A stretch of DNA of 64,000 bases from the human T2T-CHM13v2.0 reference genome, Homo sapiens (GCF_009914755.1 NC_060934.1), one strand, 5' to 3'; counted from the first letter of the stretch, positions 1 through 14,895 are shown. Notes: a model not told the origin generated them from the sequence alone. A program made the numbers and translations.

Positions 1-25
1 GACTTAATTAAAGTCTTATGTTATC

Positions 26-340
26 TTTTTTTTTTCTTTTTTTTTTTGAGACAGAGTCTCACTCTGTCACCCAGGCTGGAATGCAGTGGTGCGATCTCGG
101 CTCACTGCAAGTTCCGCCTCCCAAGTTCACGCCATTCTCCTGCCTCAGCCTCCTGAGTAGCTGGGACTACAGGTTCCTGCCACCATGCCCGGCTAATTTT
201 TTTTTTTTTTTTTTGTATTTTTAGTAGAGACAGAGTTTCATCATGTTAGCCAGGATGGTCTCGATCTCCTGACCTCGTTATCCTCCTGCCTCTGCCTCCC
301 AAAGTGCTGGGATTACAGGCGTGAGCCACTGCGCTCGGCC
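26..340 (-). mobile_element. Alu, AluY-like, full length
   Basis: Poly-T then reverse-complement Alu body; TSD tcttatgttatctt at 14-27 and 343-356. Confidence 0.92.
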
Positions 341-864
341 AATCTTATGTTATCTTAAAACACTTTTGGAGTAGAAATTACATTTCTCTTCATGCATCAC
401 AGTGCTAAGACTAGAGCTTAAGGCTGAGGCTGACAGGCCTAGATAACTTTGGGTTGCATATACTTAAATTAAGAGTCAGCACATTTTAGGATGAAGCTTC
501 AGGTAATGATCATGAAAACAATTCCTAGCATCTCTACAGACTCCATCATTTTCGAAATGCTTTCTCACATTAATGCAATTCCATTCTATGTGTTAAGCAA
601 AGCATAGGCTTTGCTCCCCTACAGAGCTTGGCATTTAATGCAGAGGCTACTTTTCCTAAGCAGAATAACCAAAAGAATTCCATGTCCAACTACAGCAGGA
701 TAAGGAAAGCTGTGAGGTATTTTATTAATTAGAAAATGCTGGATCCTCCTGTCTAGCTGAGGTAAGGATGAACTTTGACCTCAGAGCCTGCATATGGTAG
801 TGTTTATGCAGAGATGTAGTCCCATATAGACAAATAAATATGGTTGTCTTTATACATATATGTG

Positions 865-865
<1 letters not shown>

Positions 866-904
<39 letters not shown>
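866..904. repeat. (CA)n microsatellite
   Basis: Run of about 19 CA units. Confidence 0.95.
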
Positions 905-905
<1 letters not shown>

Positions 906-2749
906 CTCACTTAGCTAGACACAGCCCCATCTTGAGGGCAGAGAGTGGTCTTGTCTTTCCAGTTCACCTCTTCCTTCCAGTATCCAGAGGTGACCAGTAA
1001 GTGTTGGTGGTGGAGAGAATGGTGCTAAGGAGAATGGGCTCATCTGTGTTACTAGACTGTTAGCGGGAAACAGAAGCCATCTGATGACAGGTCACCTATC
1101 TTTGTGACTGGGTGAATGAGTTGGGGTGGGGGCAGCTTTCGAGCTTTCATACAGCTCTAAAGACAAGGCTGGTCCACCTCTAGTCTGAGCTCCATACCAG
1201 GCTCTTGCCAGCACCTTCCTCCCCACTCGCCAGTGAATGAGGTTCTTCTCATTACTCTCCCTTCTCATACGCATGTATTTCTGACGCGTCTATACAACAG
1301 CTCTGGGCCTTGATCCACCCATATCAGCCCAGTTCGTCTACAGGTCACCCTTGTGTTTCTCACTGTGCCTGGCAAGGGCACCACAGCAGGGCTCATGGGT
1401 GTAAAGGCAACATGGTTACCAGGGGAGGGGTGCGTGAGTGTACAGGAAGGAGGACATGGAAGGCACAGGTGGTGGGCCAAGGCCTGACCTGACAGGGGAA
1501 CCAGTGCAAAAGGCGGCCTTGTCCTCCTGGCCAGGACAGTGCCTAGAAGATGCCCACTGTGTGGCCAGTTCTGGTCACTCCCCTTACAGTAAGGGTACCA
1601 TGAAACAAGAGGAAGAGAATCAACGGGCAGAACTAACCCCACACATTGGGCAGACCATGCATGAATTGTGGTAAGTATAAAAACACAATGGCCTCCCAGG
1701 TCTACCAAGCCAAGTCACTGCTACAGTATGGGCCAGCAGAGCAACAACCTACTGGGTCTGGGCACCCACCTCGTCTTTCCAGGCCTGCTGAGGGGGCTGG
1801 TTCCTTTCACTCCCCCTGTATCCCCCACCCTGCTCCAGCAGCACAGTGTCCAAAAGCTCGGTACCTATCAGCTCAGTCCACAACAGTGCACAGTCCGCTT
1901 CTCAGTGGAAAGACTTCTGCCCTAATCGCCCCCTCCAGCAGGGCTGGCAGGTATACGACCATCGGGGTGCTGCCCCTGTCTCCGGTCTCCAGGCTCCAGC
2001 ACCCTGCACCTAGCAGGGACTGCAGGATAAATGCTCCTCACCAGCTTCTTTGTATCCAGTCCAGATTCCTTTCTCCTTCAAGGGCAGGTGGGAAGTTTGC
2101 ATTTCCCAGCCTCCTTCCAAAAGTAAGGAAAAGCTAGCAATTCTCATTAATCAAGACAGCAATAAATCCAAGCAGACAGGACTTCACTCCTCTCTCACTG
2201 TGAGGTTCTACAAGTCCCTGAATTACAGCCCAAATTCCTGGGATGGAGCTTAAAAGGAAAAAACAAACTTTAAAGAAATATAGAAAGATGGCTTTGTTAC
2301 TATAATTATTATGGATATCTGTTGTAAAGATAATACACACTGTGCTCATATATCTTACTTGAAGAAATCCAAAACTATGTTCACCTAAGCCACATTGAGA
2401 GCTGAATTATCATTTGTAAGAGACCAAATTCTTTTATCAAAGTAACAGGATAACTTTCAAATGTGTATTTATTTGTGGGGCTGGGCCAACAGCCAGAAAA
2501 TATCTAAATGAGAACTCAGATTCATCTAAACTTGACATTTTCAGTTGATCTAATGGTTAATTTGTATTCAGTCCACTGACTCTTCAATGGCTTCTAATTA
2601 GGAGACAAGCAGAGAATTCCGAGTCCTGTGGTTTGCGATCTGGGTGCCTTATCTCTTAGATGGTTCTAGGCTATCCACATGGAATATTGGAAAGTGGGAC
2701 AAATGGAGTCAGGCCTGGAAAGGAGATGAAAGGAAAGACAGTGGCATTG

Positions 2750-3260
<511 letters not shown>

Positions 3261-3569
3261 TTAATTTAATTTTTTTTTAAAGAAGGGTGTCAGAAAGCCA
3301 AAATTAGATGCTGCACAGCAAGGTTTGAGTTAAGGGCAGTGCTGGAAAACAGAACAAACCCTTGTGACCATGCCTCTCAGCCAGGTCAGGGACCCATTCC
3401 TGCAGTCAACAGCTGGGAAGGCGTGGAACCTGGGAGGGGGCAGCCTGGGGAGGGGAAAAGGCCGCTTGGAGGTGGAGGGGAGGCCTCCTCGCTCACCACC
3501 CAATGGCAGAGATGAGGCGTTGGAGGAGCCAGAGAGGAAAAGTCCCTGTGCCGCAGCAGCTCTCTGCCA

Positions 3570-3583
3570 GTGCGCATGCGCAC
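3570..3583. promoter_or_regulatory. Perfect NRF1-type palindrome
   Basis: GTGCGCATGCGCAC, a 14-bp perfect palindrome containing TGCGCATGCGCA. Confidence 0.5.
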
Positions 3584-3704
3584 ATGTCCGTGAAGCACCG
3601 CGCTGGGGTTGGATCCGCCTGCCTCAGCCTGGCTGAGCTGCAGGAAGATCGGTATTCAGGCAGACAGCATACGCAGTTTGGAAGAAAGCAAAGTGCTTTG
3701 CAAG

Positions 3705-4279
3705 TGAAGGGGAGCGGAACATGCCACCTTAAAATCTGTCACTTTGGCATAAGGATTAAGTGGAGCTGCCGGCAATTGAGAAGAAGCAGATACAAGAGAA
3801 ACTCTCCGCCCTCACCTATTTACCAAAAAGCTGGACATAAATTTGTCAAGGTGTGCCCCCAACCCTCTCTACCGGGAAGGATGGAGTTAATCACCAGACA
3901 CAACCCGAGCCCCTCCTCAGCCTGGAGAGGGCACCAGAGGAATCTGCACAGCACGTCCTGGTCCCACTGAAGCCCTTCCCTTCCCTCAGCTCCCCGTAGG
4001 GTGGCCTTCCCGCCCTGCGCCTCCCCAGAAACTCAAGCCCTTCTCCTCTGTCTTGTCACTTCTCTAAACAAGCATTCTCTTGTGAGGTGCTATGAAAGCT
4101 CGAGCTCTGGCCGCCCCTTGGAGTTACTCACTGCGGACGTTCCCATGGGTGTGCGTGATGCACGTGGTAATAAACTCGTGTCTGTTTTTCTCTCGTTAAT
4201 CTGCCTTTGTCAGTCTCTTTCAGAGCCCCAGCCAGAGAACCTAGAGGGGTAGAGGAAAGAAGATTTTCTCCTCCCTACA
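3705..4279 (+). mobile_element. Solo ERV1 LTR, MER34/MER39-like
   Basis: Starts tgaagggg...atgccacc...actttggcataaggatta; internal aataaa; ends ctccctaca (TG..CA). Confidence 0.75.
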
Positions 4280-7200
4280 GAATCAGACAGGCCTGCACTC
4301 GAATCCCAGGCATGCCGGGTGCTCGCTGGGTGCTGCTGGTGGAGCCCCTTCTTCCCTGTGTCCGACTGTCCTCATTGGCAAGGCGAAGGCAGCAACACCG
4401 CCTGGAAACGAGCCGGCTCTCCACAGTCTCAGCTGTTTGCATCCTCCCTCGTCCCTGTCACTCCCTATGTCTGAGGGTGTCCCGGGGACGCTGCTGCCCT
4501 GTGGGCACCTGGGACAGTTCTGCCTCATTCCCCCCACTCCTCATGTCCAGGGTTGCTCTAGGGGGCATCCTTAGAGAATCTTTTCCCGTCCACACCCGAG
4601 CCCTCAAATTCCCCAGGCGAAGCTTCCTCAGCTCAAGGGATTTCCCCAGGACTACCTCCCACCCAGAACCCCTTCCCACCCTCCACTTTAGACTTTCTCA
4701 TGCCTGCTGGGTTTCCTGGGGTCTAGCCACGACCTCAAATCTAAAGTCTCCCCTTTTCTCCATTTTACTCCCTTCTTTCTTTCCTCCCTCCCTCTCTCTT
4801 CTCCTTCTTTCCTTTTTTATTTACCTTACTTCCCCTCCAACCCGGCCTTCCCTCTCCCAGTTGAACACTCACTCATGAGCAGGACCTTCCTAGCTCTGAT
4901 TGTGTCTTACTAGCAAAGACCCTGTCCATTGCCTGGTTCTCCTCTCAAATCCTTTGCCCTGGATCCTGGGAGGTCATACCCTGGGGCAGGCTCCACCTCC
5001 TTACCTCCGGACACTGTCACAGTTGGCAACTCTAGTGGACACCTGGTGTGACACAGCGAAGTGGGGGAGATGGGTTCGTCTTTTCCAGGGAGCCCCTCAC
5101 GCCTGCCAGCTCCAGGCCTGGCTCGCCAGCCCTCTGCAAATCCACCGGCAAACTCACACACTCCGGTGCACTCCCATCGCTCACGTTACCAGAATAGGTT
5201 CCTAAGACTGGGAGTGAGAGAGGGCAAGGCACCCAGGGCCACGTGGAGCGGGGATGCCACAGCGGGGGACCCGTCCGAGATAGTTTCAATGGTCATGGTA
5301 AGAAACGATCAGTGCCTGAGGCGTGGCAAGAGTGAAGAGAAGGGAGGGATGAGAGCTGGGAGGAAGGAGAGGCCACTGGAAGGCAGGTGTGTGGATAAGC
5401 TCAGCAGCAGGCTCTGATCAGGGTGTTGGGTTAGAGGTGGGGGTCTAATAAAGGGAAGAGCTGTTGATGGGGGAGATGGTGGGGTCCCTTTTGGGCAGGG
5501 AAGGACAGACATGCCTGTGGGACACCTGGGTGAGGACATCAGGAGGTAGGGGATGGTGTCGTTCCGGAAATCACTCCAAATGTACCCCAAGAACAGAAGA
5601 TTTCCCAAGGGTGCTAAGGAAACCTTCCTGCTTGGTCTCCTGGTAGAGAGCAGGTGTCTAATGGGGAAATCGGGGATGAGGCTAGACGAGGAGTCAGGGT
5701 GAGGTGGGCGGAAAGCCCAGAGCCGTGATCTAAAGACCTGGCTCCAGCTAGGCCCCCCACCTCCCTTGTGTCCTCAAAAGCAAGCCACAGATGCTCAAGC
5801 CTCAGTCTGCCTGTCTGCAGAAGGTGGGAAGAGCTCCTCCCTCATACCTCTATCTGGGGGAATGAGGAACCGGGAGGCCTGACAGACCATGGGTTCTGAA
5901 GGCAAGGCAGGCCTTAGGATAGAAGGGACAGCTTCAGACCAGGGTGGAGGCTCCCGGATGAAGAGGAGGAAGCTGAAGTTTCAAGACATGGGGCATTGTC
6001 ATATCATTTTATTCAGCGTAGCTGCCTTAAGCAGCCAGACCAGTCCATCCCGGAACATGGGACAGGCTTCTTTCTCTTCTTAATCACATGTGACAGCTTC
6101 ACTGGACACTTGCTGTAGCCTCTGAGTCCTTGTGGACCTGCTCCTTTCCTCTTAAGCAATTCAGACTTAAATCCCAGCTGAGGAAAGTCTCATGAGAGGC
6201 AGGTGTGCTCTGGGCCCTGGGACCCGGAAGGTCATAGGATGCGGCAAGGACTCACTGATGGGTTGGGGATGTTTCCTTCCAAGGCTGGCAGGCTGAGACA
6301 TGCCCTGTCTGGGTGACCATGCAGCTCCCAGGCCCACGTGTGACCAGGGGAGTCTGCAGAAAGCACAGAACATGCAAAACAGAGCATCACCTGCTCCTTC
6401 AGCCACTGGAAAACAGTGCCATCAGCGAGACCAAGATGAGCTGCCCATGCTCCAGGTGCACAGAAGGCCAGATTGAACGCCATCAGCCCAGAATAGTAGT
6501 GTTTGGTGTTCACACCTTTTCAGAGCTCCAGCGAAGACCAGAGGAAGTGGAAGTGCGTGATTCAGGGCCACCCTTCACATCCCCCACAAGGGCAAAGGGG
6601 AAGTGGTCTTTGGTGATAAGGGACCAACAAAAACCAGAGCTGCCGACACACACTGGAAATCTGGCACCAGAAAAGACCCCCGAATCCAGTCATCGTCTGG
6701 ACAGTGAGAGTATGCCCAGCCACCTGGATCCAATGGTGGACAGCACTTGCAGTCAGAGCCCCCAGTTCACACTGCACATGCCCCCTCGCTTCACCTCCAA
6801 CCTTAGAGAGAGAGCTCACTTCACGGACCCAGGCTCCATGCCCTTGTCCCTCAGGGCTGTGGCTGACATCAAGCACTGACAGGTGTTGGCCCGTGGTCAG
6901 TGCTCAGTAACTTGCAGTTTTTTCTTTTCCTAAGGCATCACTGCTCTCTTCCTGTCCTCTCTTTCTAGAGGCAAGGCTTCTCCACAACCTTCACCCAGCA
7001 CAGCAACAAAGGCCCAAGGGAGCAGGTTCCCCCTCCCCTGCCTGTGGCCAGCCAACAACTTTACCTCTCCAGGCTCAGCTTTCCACCTGCCCATGAGTGG
7101 TGAAACAGAAAATGTGTGCAGCTGCTTCTTTCAAAAATCTTCGGACTGCCTGTCCCACACTGCACAGCTCTCTAGCAATAGATGCTCACGTTCCCGTGTG

Positions 7201-7940
7201 GTCTCAATGCCCAGGAATTCCCTGGCTGCTTTCCTGGGCAGGTGACCCTGAGCAGCTCAGTATTCTGGCTGAGACACCTCGTGACAAATTTGGCTTCAGA
7301 CTCTAACCTGCAGCAGACTCCAAGCTCAACAACTCAGTATGAGAGAGGAAGTCCTAGACATTCTGGGAAAACATCATTTCTGGAAAAATTCAGACTAGCA
7401 AGTGGTCTAAATAACGATAATGGATATGCTTATTATGTACAAATAATGAGAGACCAGAATTGTGATAGGGTCCCTCTCTTCCTGTTACCAGTATTTTCAA
7501 ATGCACAAAACATCATAAAATGCATAAAACGCCTCTAAGCAACACTCCACTGCCATTTAGTCTCCCTCACTGATGCCATTTACATATCCATTAAAGGGTT
7601 CTTACACGACTTCTCCACGCCACCTTCCTCTGCTCACACGGGTGGTTTATGCTTTCTGCCTGCCCTCCTGGGCTCTGTGACATAGTCAGGAATGCAGTCT
7701 TTGTAAGAGTCTGTGCTGAGAAGATTGGTAAATTGCGTCTGGCAAATCCACGGAGATGCCTGCTCACACCCTGATTCTGTTGTTTTCACTGGAGCATCAC
7801 ACATGCCCCAGGCCTCCGAGGAGGTCTTTCTCACCACTCTTCTGTCCCAACACAAGCAGGTCCTGTCATTCAAAGGGCAGCTCAGAAAACAACGGGCACA
7901 GAAAAAAATGGACAGTGGAAGGGTGCTAAGAATGAGCCCA

Positions 7941-8722
7941 TGTGGTTTTCATAACGCCATTACATCTTTCCAATACCAATTCTCTGACACCAACTGCATG
8001 TCAAACAATTCAATTCCATTCTGACACTGAACACCTAGAGTTACTCAGCCCCCACAGGGTGAGGCTCCATCCCACAAGACTGCCCCCATTCAGACCCAAC
8101 TGCAAATGCAATCCCCAGGACACCCACACTTCTGCCTGGCCAACTACAAATTTGGGGGTGCCCATGACTCCCCCTTAGGTTTAACAATGCACTTGAATGA
8201 CTCACAGGACTCAGGAGGACACTCTTCATAATTACAGTCATATTCTAAAGACACAAATGAATGGAAGGGGGCACCGGGCAGGCTGGATGGGGAGTCAGTG
8301 CACGGAGCTCTCACACCCTCTCTGGGTGCACCTACGTGTCCCCCAGCCCTGAAGCTCCATTAGCCTCCTGCTTCCGATATTTTACTGAAGTTTTGTTATG
8401 TAGGCATCATGATTAAATCATCAGCCATTGGTGACTGCACTCCATCTCCAGATCCTCCTCCTTCCCGGAAGGTCAGCAGACAGGCTGCAAGTTCCCACCC
8501 TCTAATCCTGTGGCCAGTCCCTCTGGCAACCAGCTCCATCCTGAGGCTGTCTCGGGGCCTGCCAGGCATTGCCTCCTTGGAATAAACTTGGGTATAGTCA
8601 AAGGGGCTCATTATGAAAAACAAAAAAAAACATTCCTGTCACTCAGGAAATTCCAAGAGTTTTAGGAGCTCTCTGCCAGATCTAGGTTCAAAGACCAAAT
8701 ATATATTTCTCATTTTGCCACG
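7941..8722 (-). mobile_element. Solo LTR, MER21-like
   Basis: ttctctgacaccaac...cccacaagactgcccc...ctcaggaaattccaagagttttaggagctc...aaagaccaaatatatatttc are characteristic blocks. Confidence 0.75.
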
Positions 8723-8829
8723 CAGGCAGAGCTGGGTTCACCTGGCTGACTCTCAAGGCATTGGCTCTCAGTGAGCATCAGGGTCCTGCAGGGGCGCCCC
8801 CACATCAGAGCACAGCTCCTAGTTTCTGT

Positions 8830-9870
8830 CAAGCTAAATGTCCATCAGCCCTGTGACTCAGCAATCCCACTTGTGCGTATTCACCCCTGAAGAAATACGA
8901 GCCTGTGTCTACAAAAGAGAACTGTACCTGAATGTTTGCAGCAATTTTCTTCATAACAGCCAAAAAAGTCCTAGAAACAATGGGTGAATGGCTAAATGAA
9001 TTGTGGTCTAATAAAAGGAAATGAACTACCGGTATGAAAACCTGAATGTGTGAATCTGATCCAGCAATCCCACTCCTGGGTATCTACCCAGAGGAAAAGA
9101 AGTCATTATTTGAAAAAGATACTTGCACATGCATGTTTATAGCAGCACAATTCACAAAAGCAAAATCATGGAATCAAACCAAATGCCCATCAATCAACAA
9201 GTGGATAAGGAATCTCTGGCATATATATATGATGGAATACTACTCAGACATAAAAAGGAATGAATTAACAGCATTTGCAATGACCTAGATGAGATTAGAT
9301 ACTATTATTCTAAGTGAAGTAACTCAGGAATGAAAACCCAAACATCATATGTTCTCACTGATATGTGGGAGCTAAGCTATTAGGTCGCAAAGGCATAAGA
9401 AATGATACAATGGAATTTGGGGACTTGGGGGGAAGAGTAGGAGACGGGCGAGGGATAAAAGAAAACAGATATGGTGCAGCGTATGCTACTCAGGTGATGG
9501 GCGCACCAGGTTCTTACAAATCTCCACTAAAGAACTTACTCATGTAACCAAATACCACCTGTACCCCAATAACTTATGGAAAAATAAAATTTAAAAAAAG
9601 AACTCAGTACATATTTGAAGATTTAAAAAAATTAAGAAGCCAGACACAAAAAGGTACATATTTTATGGTTCCTTTTATACTACATCTAGAATCATCAAAA
9701 TGAATCCACAGAGACTGAAATAAAGTATGGTTGTTGGTGGCCGATTGGAAAGGGGTAGAAAGGGGCTTCTTAGAGGCTGACAATGTTTCACATTTTGTTT
9801 TGAGTGTAGTTAAACAGGTATAAATGATTATCAAAATTCTGCAAACTGAAGGCTTAAATCACGCGTGTTA
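8830..9870 (+). mobile_element. Old L1 (L1ME/L1MC-like) fragment split by a younger L1
   Basis: Degenerate cagcaatcccactt...aatgtttgcagcaatttt and agaagccagacacaaaaaggtacata blocks flank the younger insert. Confidence 0.55.
9055..9600 (+). mobile_element. L1PB-like 3' end (ORF2 C-terminus plus 3' UTR)
   Basis: ORF 9046..9288 (DPAIPLLGIYP...CMFIAAQFT...W.Q.KCPS) is the L1 ORF2 C-terminus; ends in aataaa plus an A-rich tail. Confidence 0.88.
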
Positions 9871-9873
9871 CTG

Positions 9874-10378
9874 TGTCAAAAGACAAAATTACAACAGATA
9901 TAAAGATCTCAATTGGCTTTACTTACGATTCTAGAATCAAGCAACACTTCATTCTATACAACAGAATAAGTGTTCCCATGAGCTGGGCGAGGAAGTTGGT
10001 TTTGTAGACAGAGAAAGGGCTGAAAAAAGCAAAAAGAAAGAACAAAAAGCACATTGTTCATTTCAACATTACTTTTCTTATAAGATGGGACCCGGACAGA
10101 ATAACAGAAAAATAACAGATTGATTAACACCAGGTTGCTTCAGGTTACTCTATTTTATAAGGATTGAGGGCATGAACTTCATCATTACGCCAACTGAACA
10201 TTGAAAGCGAACCTGTGTGGGAAATGTGGATGTTATCTCATCTGATTTCTCAGCCCAGATAATTACTCAGTTTCAGTTTTCTGAGCATGGCTGACTCCAT
10301 TTTGATTTTTAGTCTGGCCTGTTGGGGCCTAATGCAGTTTAGTTCAAAACAATGGCCTCCTATAATTTTTGTTTAACA
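9874..10378 (-). mobile_element. Solo ERV1-type LTR (MER67/MER31-like)
   Basis: Begins tgtcaaaagacaaaattacaac and ends gtttaaca (TG..CA); typical composition. Confidence 0.55.
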
Positions 10379-11056
10379 ATCGTGTGTTGTATGTACCTCA
10401 ATTTTTTAAAAGCCCTCTCAGTGGGGATCATGGGTCTAGGAACCATATGGAGGTCTGTGACTCAGTGGGAAGGGGTGGCCCTGGCCTGTGAAGACTGAAG
10501 GGGGTCCATGTCCCAATCCTACAGGCCCTGAAATCCAGAACTGAGTCAGATGTGGTGACTTGCTGAGGAAGGGTTTCGAAGCCCACACGGACACTGCTCT
10601 ACCCTTGCCTCTCCCTGAATCCTCTGAAGGCAGCGTCTATGCAGTGCATTCTCGGATCACTATCCAGTGCCTGCCTCCCTCTAGTCCTGAGCTCCTAAAT
10701 CAGAAACTCCTCGGACACAGGGAGTCCAGTCATTTGTTTCACCTCTGTGTCCCCCAAGCCTGGCAGGGACAGGCTGACCAAAGGCGTTCTGTGAATGCAG
10801 AATTGTTCTAAATTGCTAAATACCAACATCAGCTATGGATGACTCAGAAAACCCAACCTTACACACCAAAGTATCCAGGTAGTCAACACACTTTGACTAT
10901 ATTAGCCACATAATTATACCATTTCTACACCCCAACGGTGGTGGGGAGGGAAGGATTTCCTACGCCACACAACAGAGAGACAGCAGATGCAGGCCACTCA
11001 CTCAGGAGTTTTGTTGTAAGGGCAGCAGAAAAATGGGGCGGGGACTACAGGGTGAT

Positions 11057-11058
<2 letters not shown>

Positions 11059-11109
<51 letters not shown>
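11059..11109. repeat. (CT)n microsatellite
   Basis: About 25 CT units. Confidence 0.95.
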
Positions 11110-11112
<3 letters not shown>

Positions 11113-11390
11113 CTCCCCCTTCTCTCCTGCAGGAAATTCCAATCATGTATGCATTTTATGAAGCAATTGATTAGGGAGAAAAAAAGCTACCTGAAGTCCT
11201 CTCTCATCCATTAACTTCTACTTTCTCCAACTTTCTTTTGCAATGAAGTACAGTGAGACTAGGGTTTACAACTCCTGCTTCAGACCTGTTGGCCCCAAGA
11301 TAGACCTGCGTTCAGCTGGCCCTGACAAGTCCCTTAGGTAGGTCAGAGCTGAGGGTCTGCACAATTTCCAACATCACCATGTAAACATCT

Positions 11391-11743
11391 TGCTATGGTT
11401 TGAGTATGTCCCCTCCAAAATTCATGTGTTGGAAACTTAATCCCCAGTGCAGCAGTGTTTGGAAGGTGGGACCTTTTGGGAGGTATTTAGGTCATGAGCA
11501 CTGCACCGCTATAAAAGGGCTTGCGGGAGTTTGTTCTCTGTCCTGCTCTTCTGCCATGTGAGGATGAAGCATTCAAGGTGTCACCATTCAAGGTGTCACC
11601 TTGGAAGCAAAGAGACCAGGCTCTCACCTGCCACTGCCTTGAGCTTCACCTTCCCAGCCTCGAAGAGCTGTGAGAAATAAGTTTCTGTTCTTTACAGATT
11701 ACACAGTGTAAGGTATTTTGTTATAACAACAGGAACAAAGACA
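11391..11743 (+). mobile_element. MaLR solo LTR (MST-like)
   Basis: tgctatggtttgagtatgtccc...aaataagtttctgttc...ggtattttgttata...aagaca. Confidence 0.8.
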
Positions 11744-12351
11744 TCCCCCTGTCATGGGGTACATATATTGAACTTTGATTATCCAAGTATACCAACCTAG
11801 GCATGTGAGTGAGACCCCAGCTGGGCAGCAGAAGCACCCACACCCCGTGGCACGCCCCGTGGCAGCAGGAGCAAGATCAGCACTGGGGCCGCTCCACAGG
11901 AAACAGCTTCTGGCCCCAGCCATGGAGTCCTCCAGTCTCAGCCCATTGGGAAGGGAGAAGAAACTGCACTAAGCTTGCAGGCCTAAGTAAGCATCCTGTG
12001 AGTGCACTACACTTATTACAGGAACACGGCCCTCCAGAGGAGAGAAGGGCCTTCTTGCAAAAGACAAAGGACTAAAGCCATTATTCAAGCAGTAAATAGA
12101 AATGAGATTGATTTTATAAAACACATGGTTACAAATCAAATGATGCAAGTTCCTTTAACAAATATTTTTAGGGACACCTACTGTAAACCAAGCATTGTGG
12201 TAGCCACCAGATAAAGGGGACTGAGTTGTATTAAACATGGTTCCTGCCTCCCAGGAACTCACAGAAGCAGGGGCGGAGGGAGTCAGGCACACAGACAGCT
12301 GAAACTGCTCAGCCCTGTGCTTAGCATCTTGTGAGTGTTCAGAAATATTAG

Positions 12352-12844
<493 letters not shown>

Positions 12845-13752
12845 TTACAATGAGACAATGATGATGATTACAATGAGATAAGGGCAACCATAGCAAATGG
12901 ATGAGATTTTCTGGCAGCATTGAAGATAAATGGCCATGTCTATTGGGGTGGTCAGGGAAGGGCTCATGGGTGCTGGGATGCTCACGCTGGTGGGCAGACA
13001 AAGAGACAAGATACAGAGGGCCAGGAGAATGTCTGGGTAGATTGCAAAGGGCCTACCAGTTCTCCTGGGTAGTCAGAAGCCCTTCGGGAGGACTGAGGAA
13101 TACACCAAGGACCCAGAATCCTGGCCCAAGGACCAGGTCAGTTCACATTAAACCTTGTGCTGGCACCATTGCTATAAGCAGTCTTCAAGAGAAGCTATGT
13201 TGTTGTTTTTGCCCAAGCAAGGGTCCCTTCCCGTTTTATCATCACATATTTGAAGTGAATATCAGAGATGAAGATTAATTAATTGCAAAGAAAAATTATT
13301 ATGCAATGACCTGTACAATGTCCACCATAAGTCTTACCAATTCCTTGGACTTCTCCTAATGGAAAACCATATAACAATTTCAAATGGCATTTTACCAGAG
13401 TCCAGGGCTTTTCAAATCCATCTGCACTCTGGTTCCACAAATGAAAAGCATGCAAGAATTAGAGATGAAGTGTTGGGTGTGTGATGCTTTGTATCTCAAT
13501 TCCATGGATAGCTGACTCCATGCTGGTGTCCAGGATGGCCTGTCCTCCAGGTTCTCAGGCTCTGGATTGTGCCTCTAGCACTCACTTCACTGTGGATCCC
13601 AATCTGAGGATGGCTTTACCAAGCGTGCACAAGCCCCTCCATGGGAGAAAAAGAAGTGATCTCGATTCAGAGGGTGGACTCTACTTGAGCTCCTTAGGCA
13701 GGTGTGAAGGTCGCTAGGGCTTGTTCTGACTCCATAAGCAAAAGCAGCAGTT

Positions 13753-13853
13753 CTCTGAGAGCCTGACCTCATAAAAGGATGGGCGTGGTGGGAGACAGGG
13801 CTCTCCTTCCCTCTTCCTTCTCTTTCACTCATTAATCTTCCTGGACTTTTCCA
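13753..13853 (+). repeat. Local duplication C, copy 1 (101 bp)
   Basis: 95/101 identical, ungapped, to 15444-15544. Confidence 0.92.
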
Positions 13854-14484
13854 ACTTCCTGCATTCCCAGGAGACAATACACCTGATGTGCAAGCTCAGA
13901 GCTTCTTTTGTTTGATTGGGCTTTGATTTTGTTTCTAATACATTTTCCTCTGCAGGAAGAAGTCTAACTCCACTAATTTATTCTAGGGAACCATCAAGTG
14001 ACATCCAACAGTGTGCATTCAGCACAGCAAGAGGGCTGCAGACACAGAGCCCAGGCCACAGGCTGTCCAGCTCGCCCCACCACACTGATTACAGGACAGA
14101 GCTTCTGCCTTCCAGCTCTGCGAGAATGATGGTGCCAAGGAGATGGGTGGTCAGGGAAAGCAGAGCCACATGGAGGGCATGGCCTGTGTACCCTGCAGAG
14201 GCCATGGCAGGGCCTGGTTCTGGCTGCTGCAACTATATCACAAACACATATGGGAGTAAACAGACTCCTGAAGTTGAAAGAAACTGAGAACTGCAAGACA
14301 GGACCACTTTATGGAGGACCTGAGATTCTGCTCAAGAAACTAGAGTAGGACAAGACCTACCATGCTGGACTTGGTCACTGGAAAGCAGAGAAGAGTCCAT
14401 GTGCAAGCTGACTCGGCTGGACTCCCAAACCCATGGCCCTTCGCTATACCCCCAGTCAAAACGGAGACAAACTTGGTCACAGGC

Positions 14485-14895
14485 AGTTATGCACTGCAGT
14501 TGACTTGTGCTAGCTTGTGAGAGCTGATGGTTAAATTTTCAGCTATTTTTAGAGCTGGATGTTAAACAAAGCCATCATTAAGTTATTTTCAATTAAATAA
14601 ATTAGATAAAGTGTAATAAGTACCCCAAACTCATCACATCCTAATTATTTGACTACGTTTTCCTCTTATCTCTGCTCTTGGTCATTTAGTGTCTATTGCA
14701 CTACACAGGGGAGATGCTGTCTAACATTGTGATTCTAGGCATCTCTTCCCAGCCCTGCACTCAGTGACATCATGTGGGTGGCTTGAAATCAGCCACAGTA
14801 GGAGTATTTATACCACAGAAATTGGCAAATGCTATAGGTAAGGGCTTTTTCCCTGGACAGTTTTTGTTAAATACTTACCTGCCAGCACACTATTG
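14485..14895 (+). mobile_element. hAT DNA transposon relic, MER63-like
   Basis: tgagagctgatggttaaattttcag...ggagtatttataccacagaaattggcaaatgcta...ccagcacac. Confidence 0.7.

Noticed and set aside
4207-6879. 223-aa and 188-aa ORFs (4207..4878, 6313..6879)
   Set aside because: Non-ATG starts in the track, partial LTR or low-complexity overlap, no recognisable domain or exon chain.
9046-9288. ORF resembling a real protein C-terminus
   Set aside because: It is a truncated L1 ORF2 remnant, not a host gene.
11571-11600. 15-bp tandem duplication in an LTR (similar 16-bp repeat at 49738-49772)
   Set aside because: Ordinary slippage-type micro-duplications with no distant donor.
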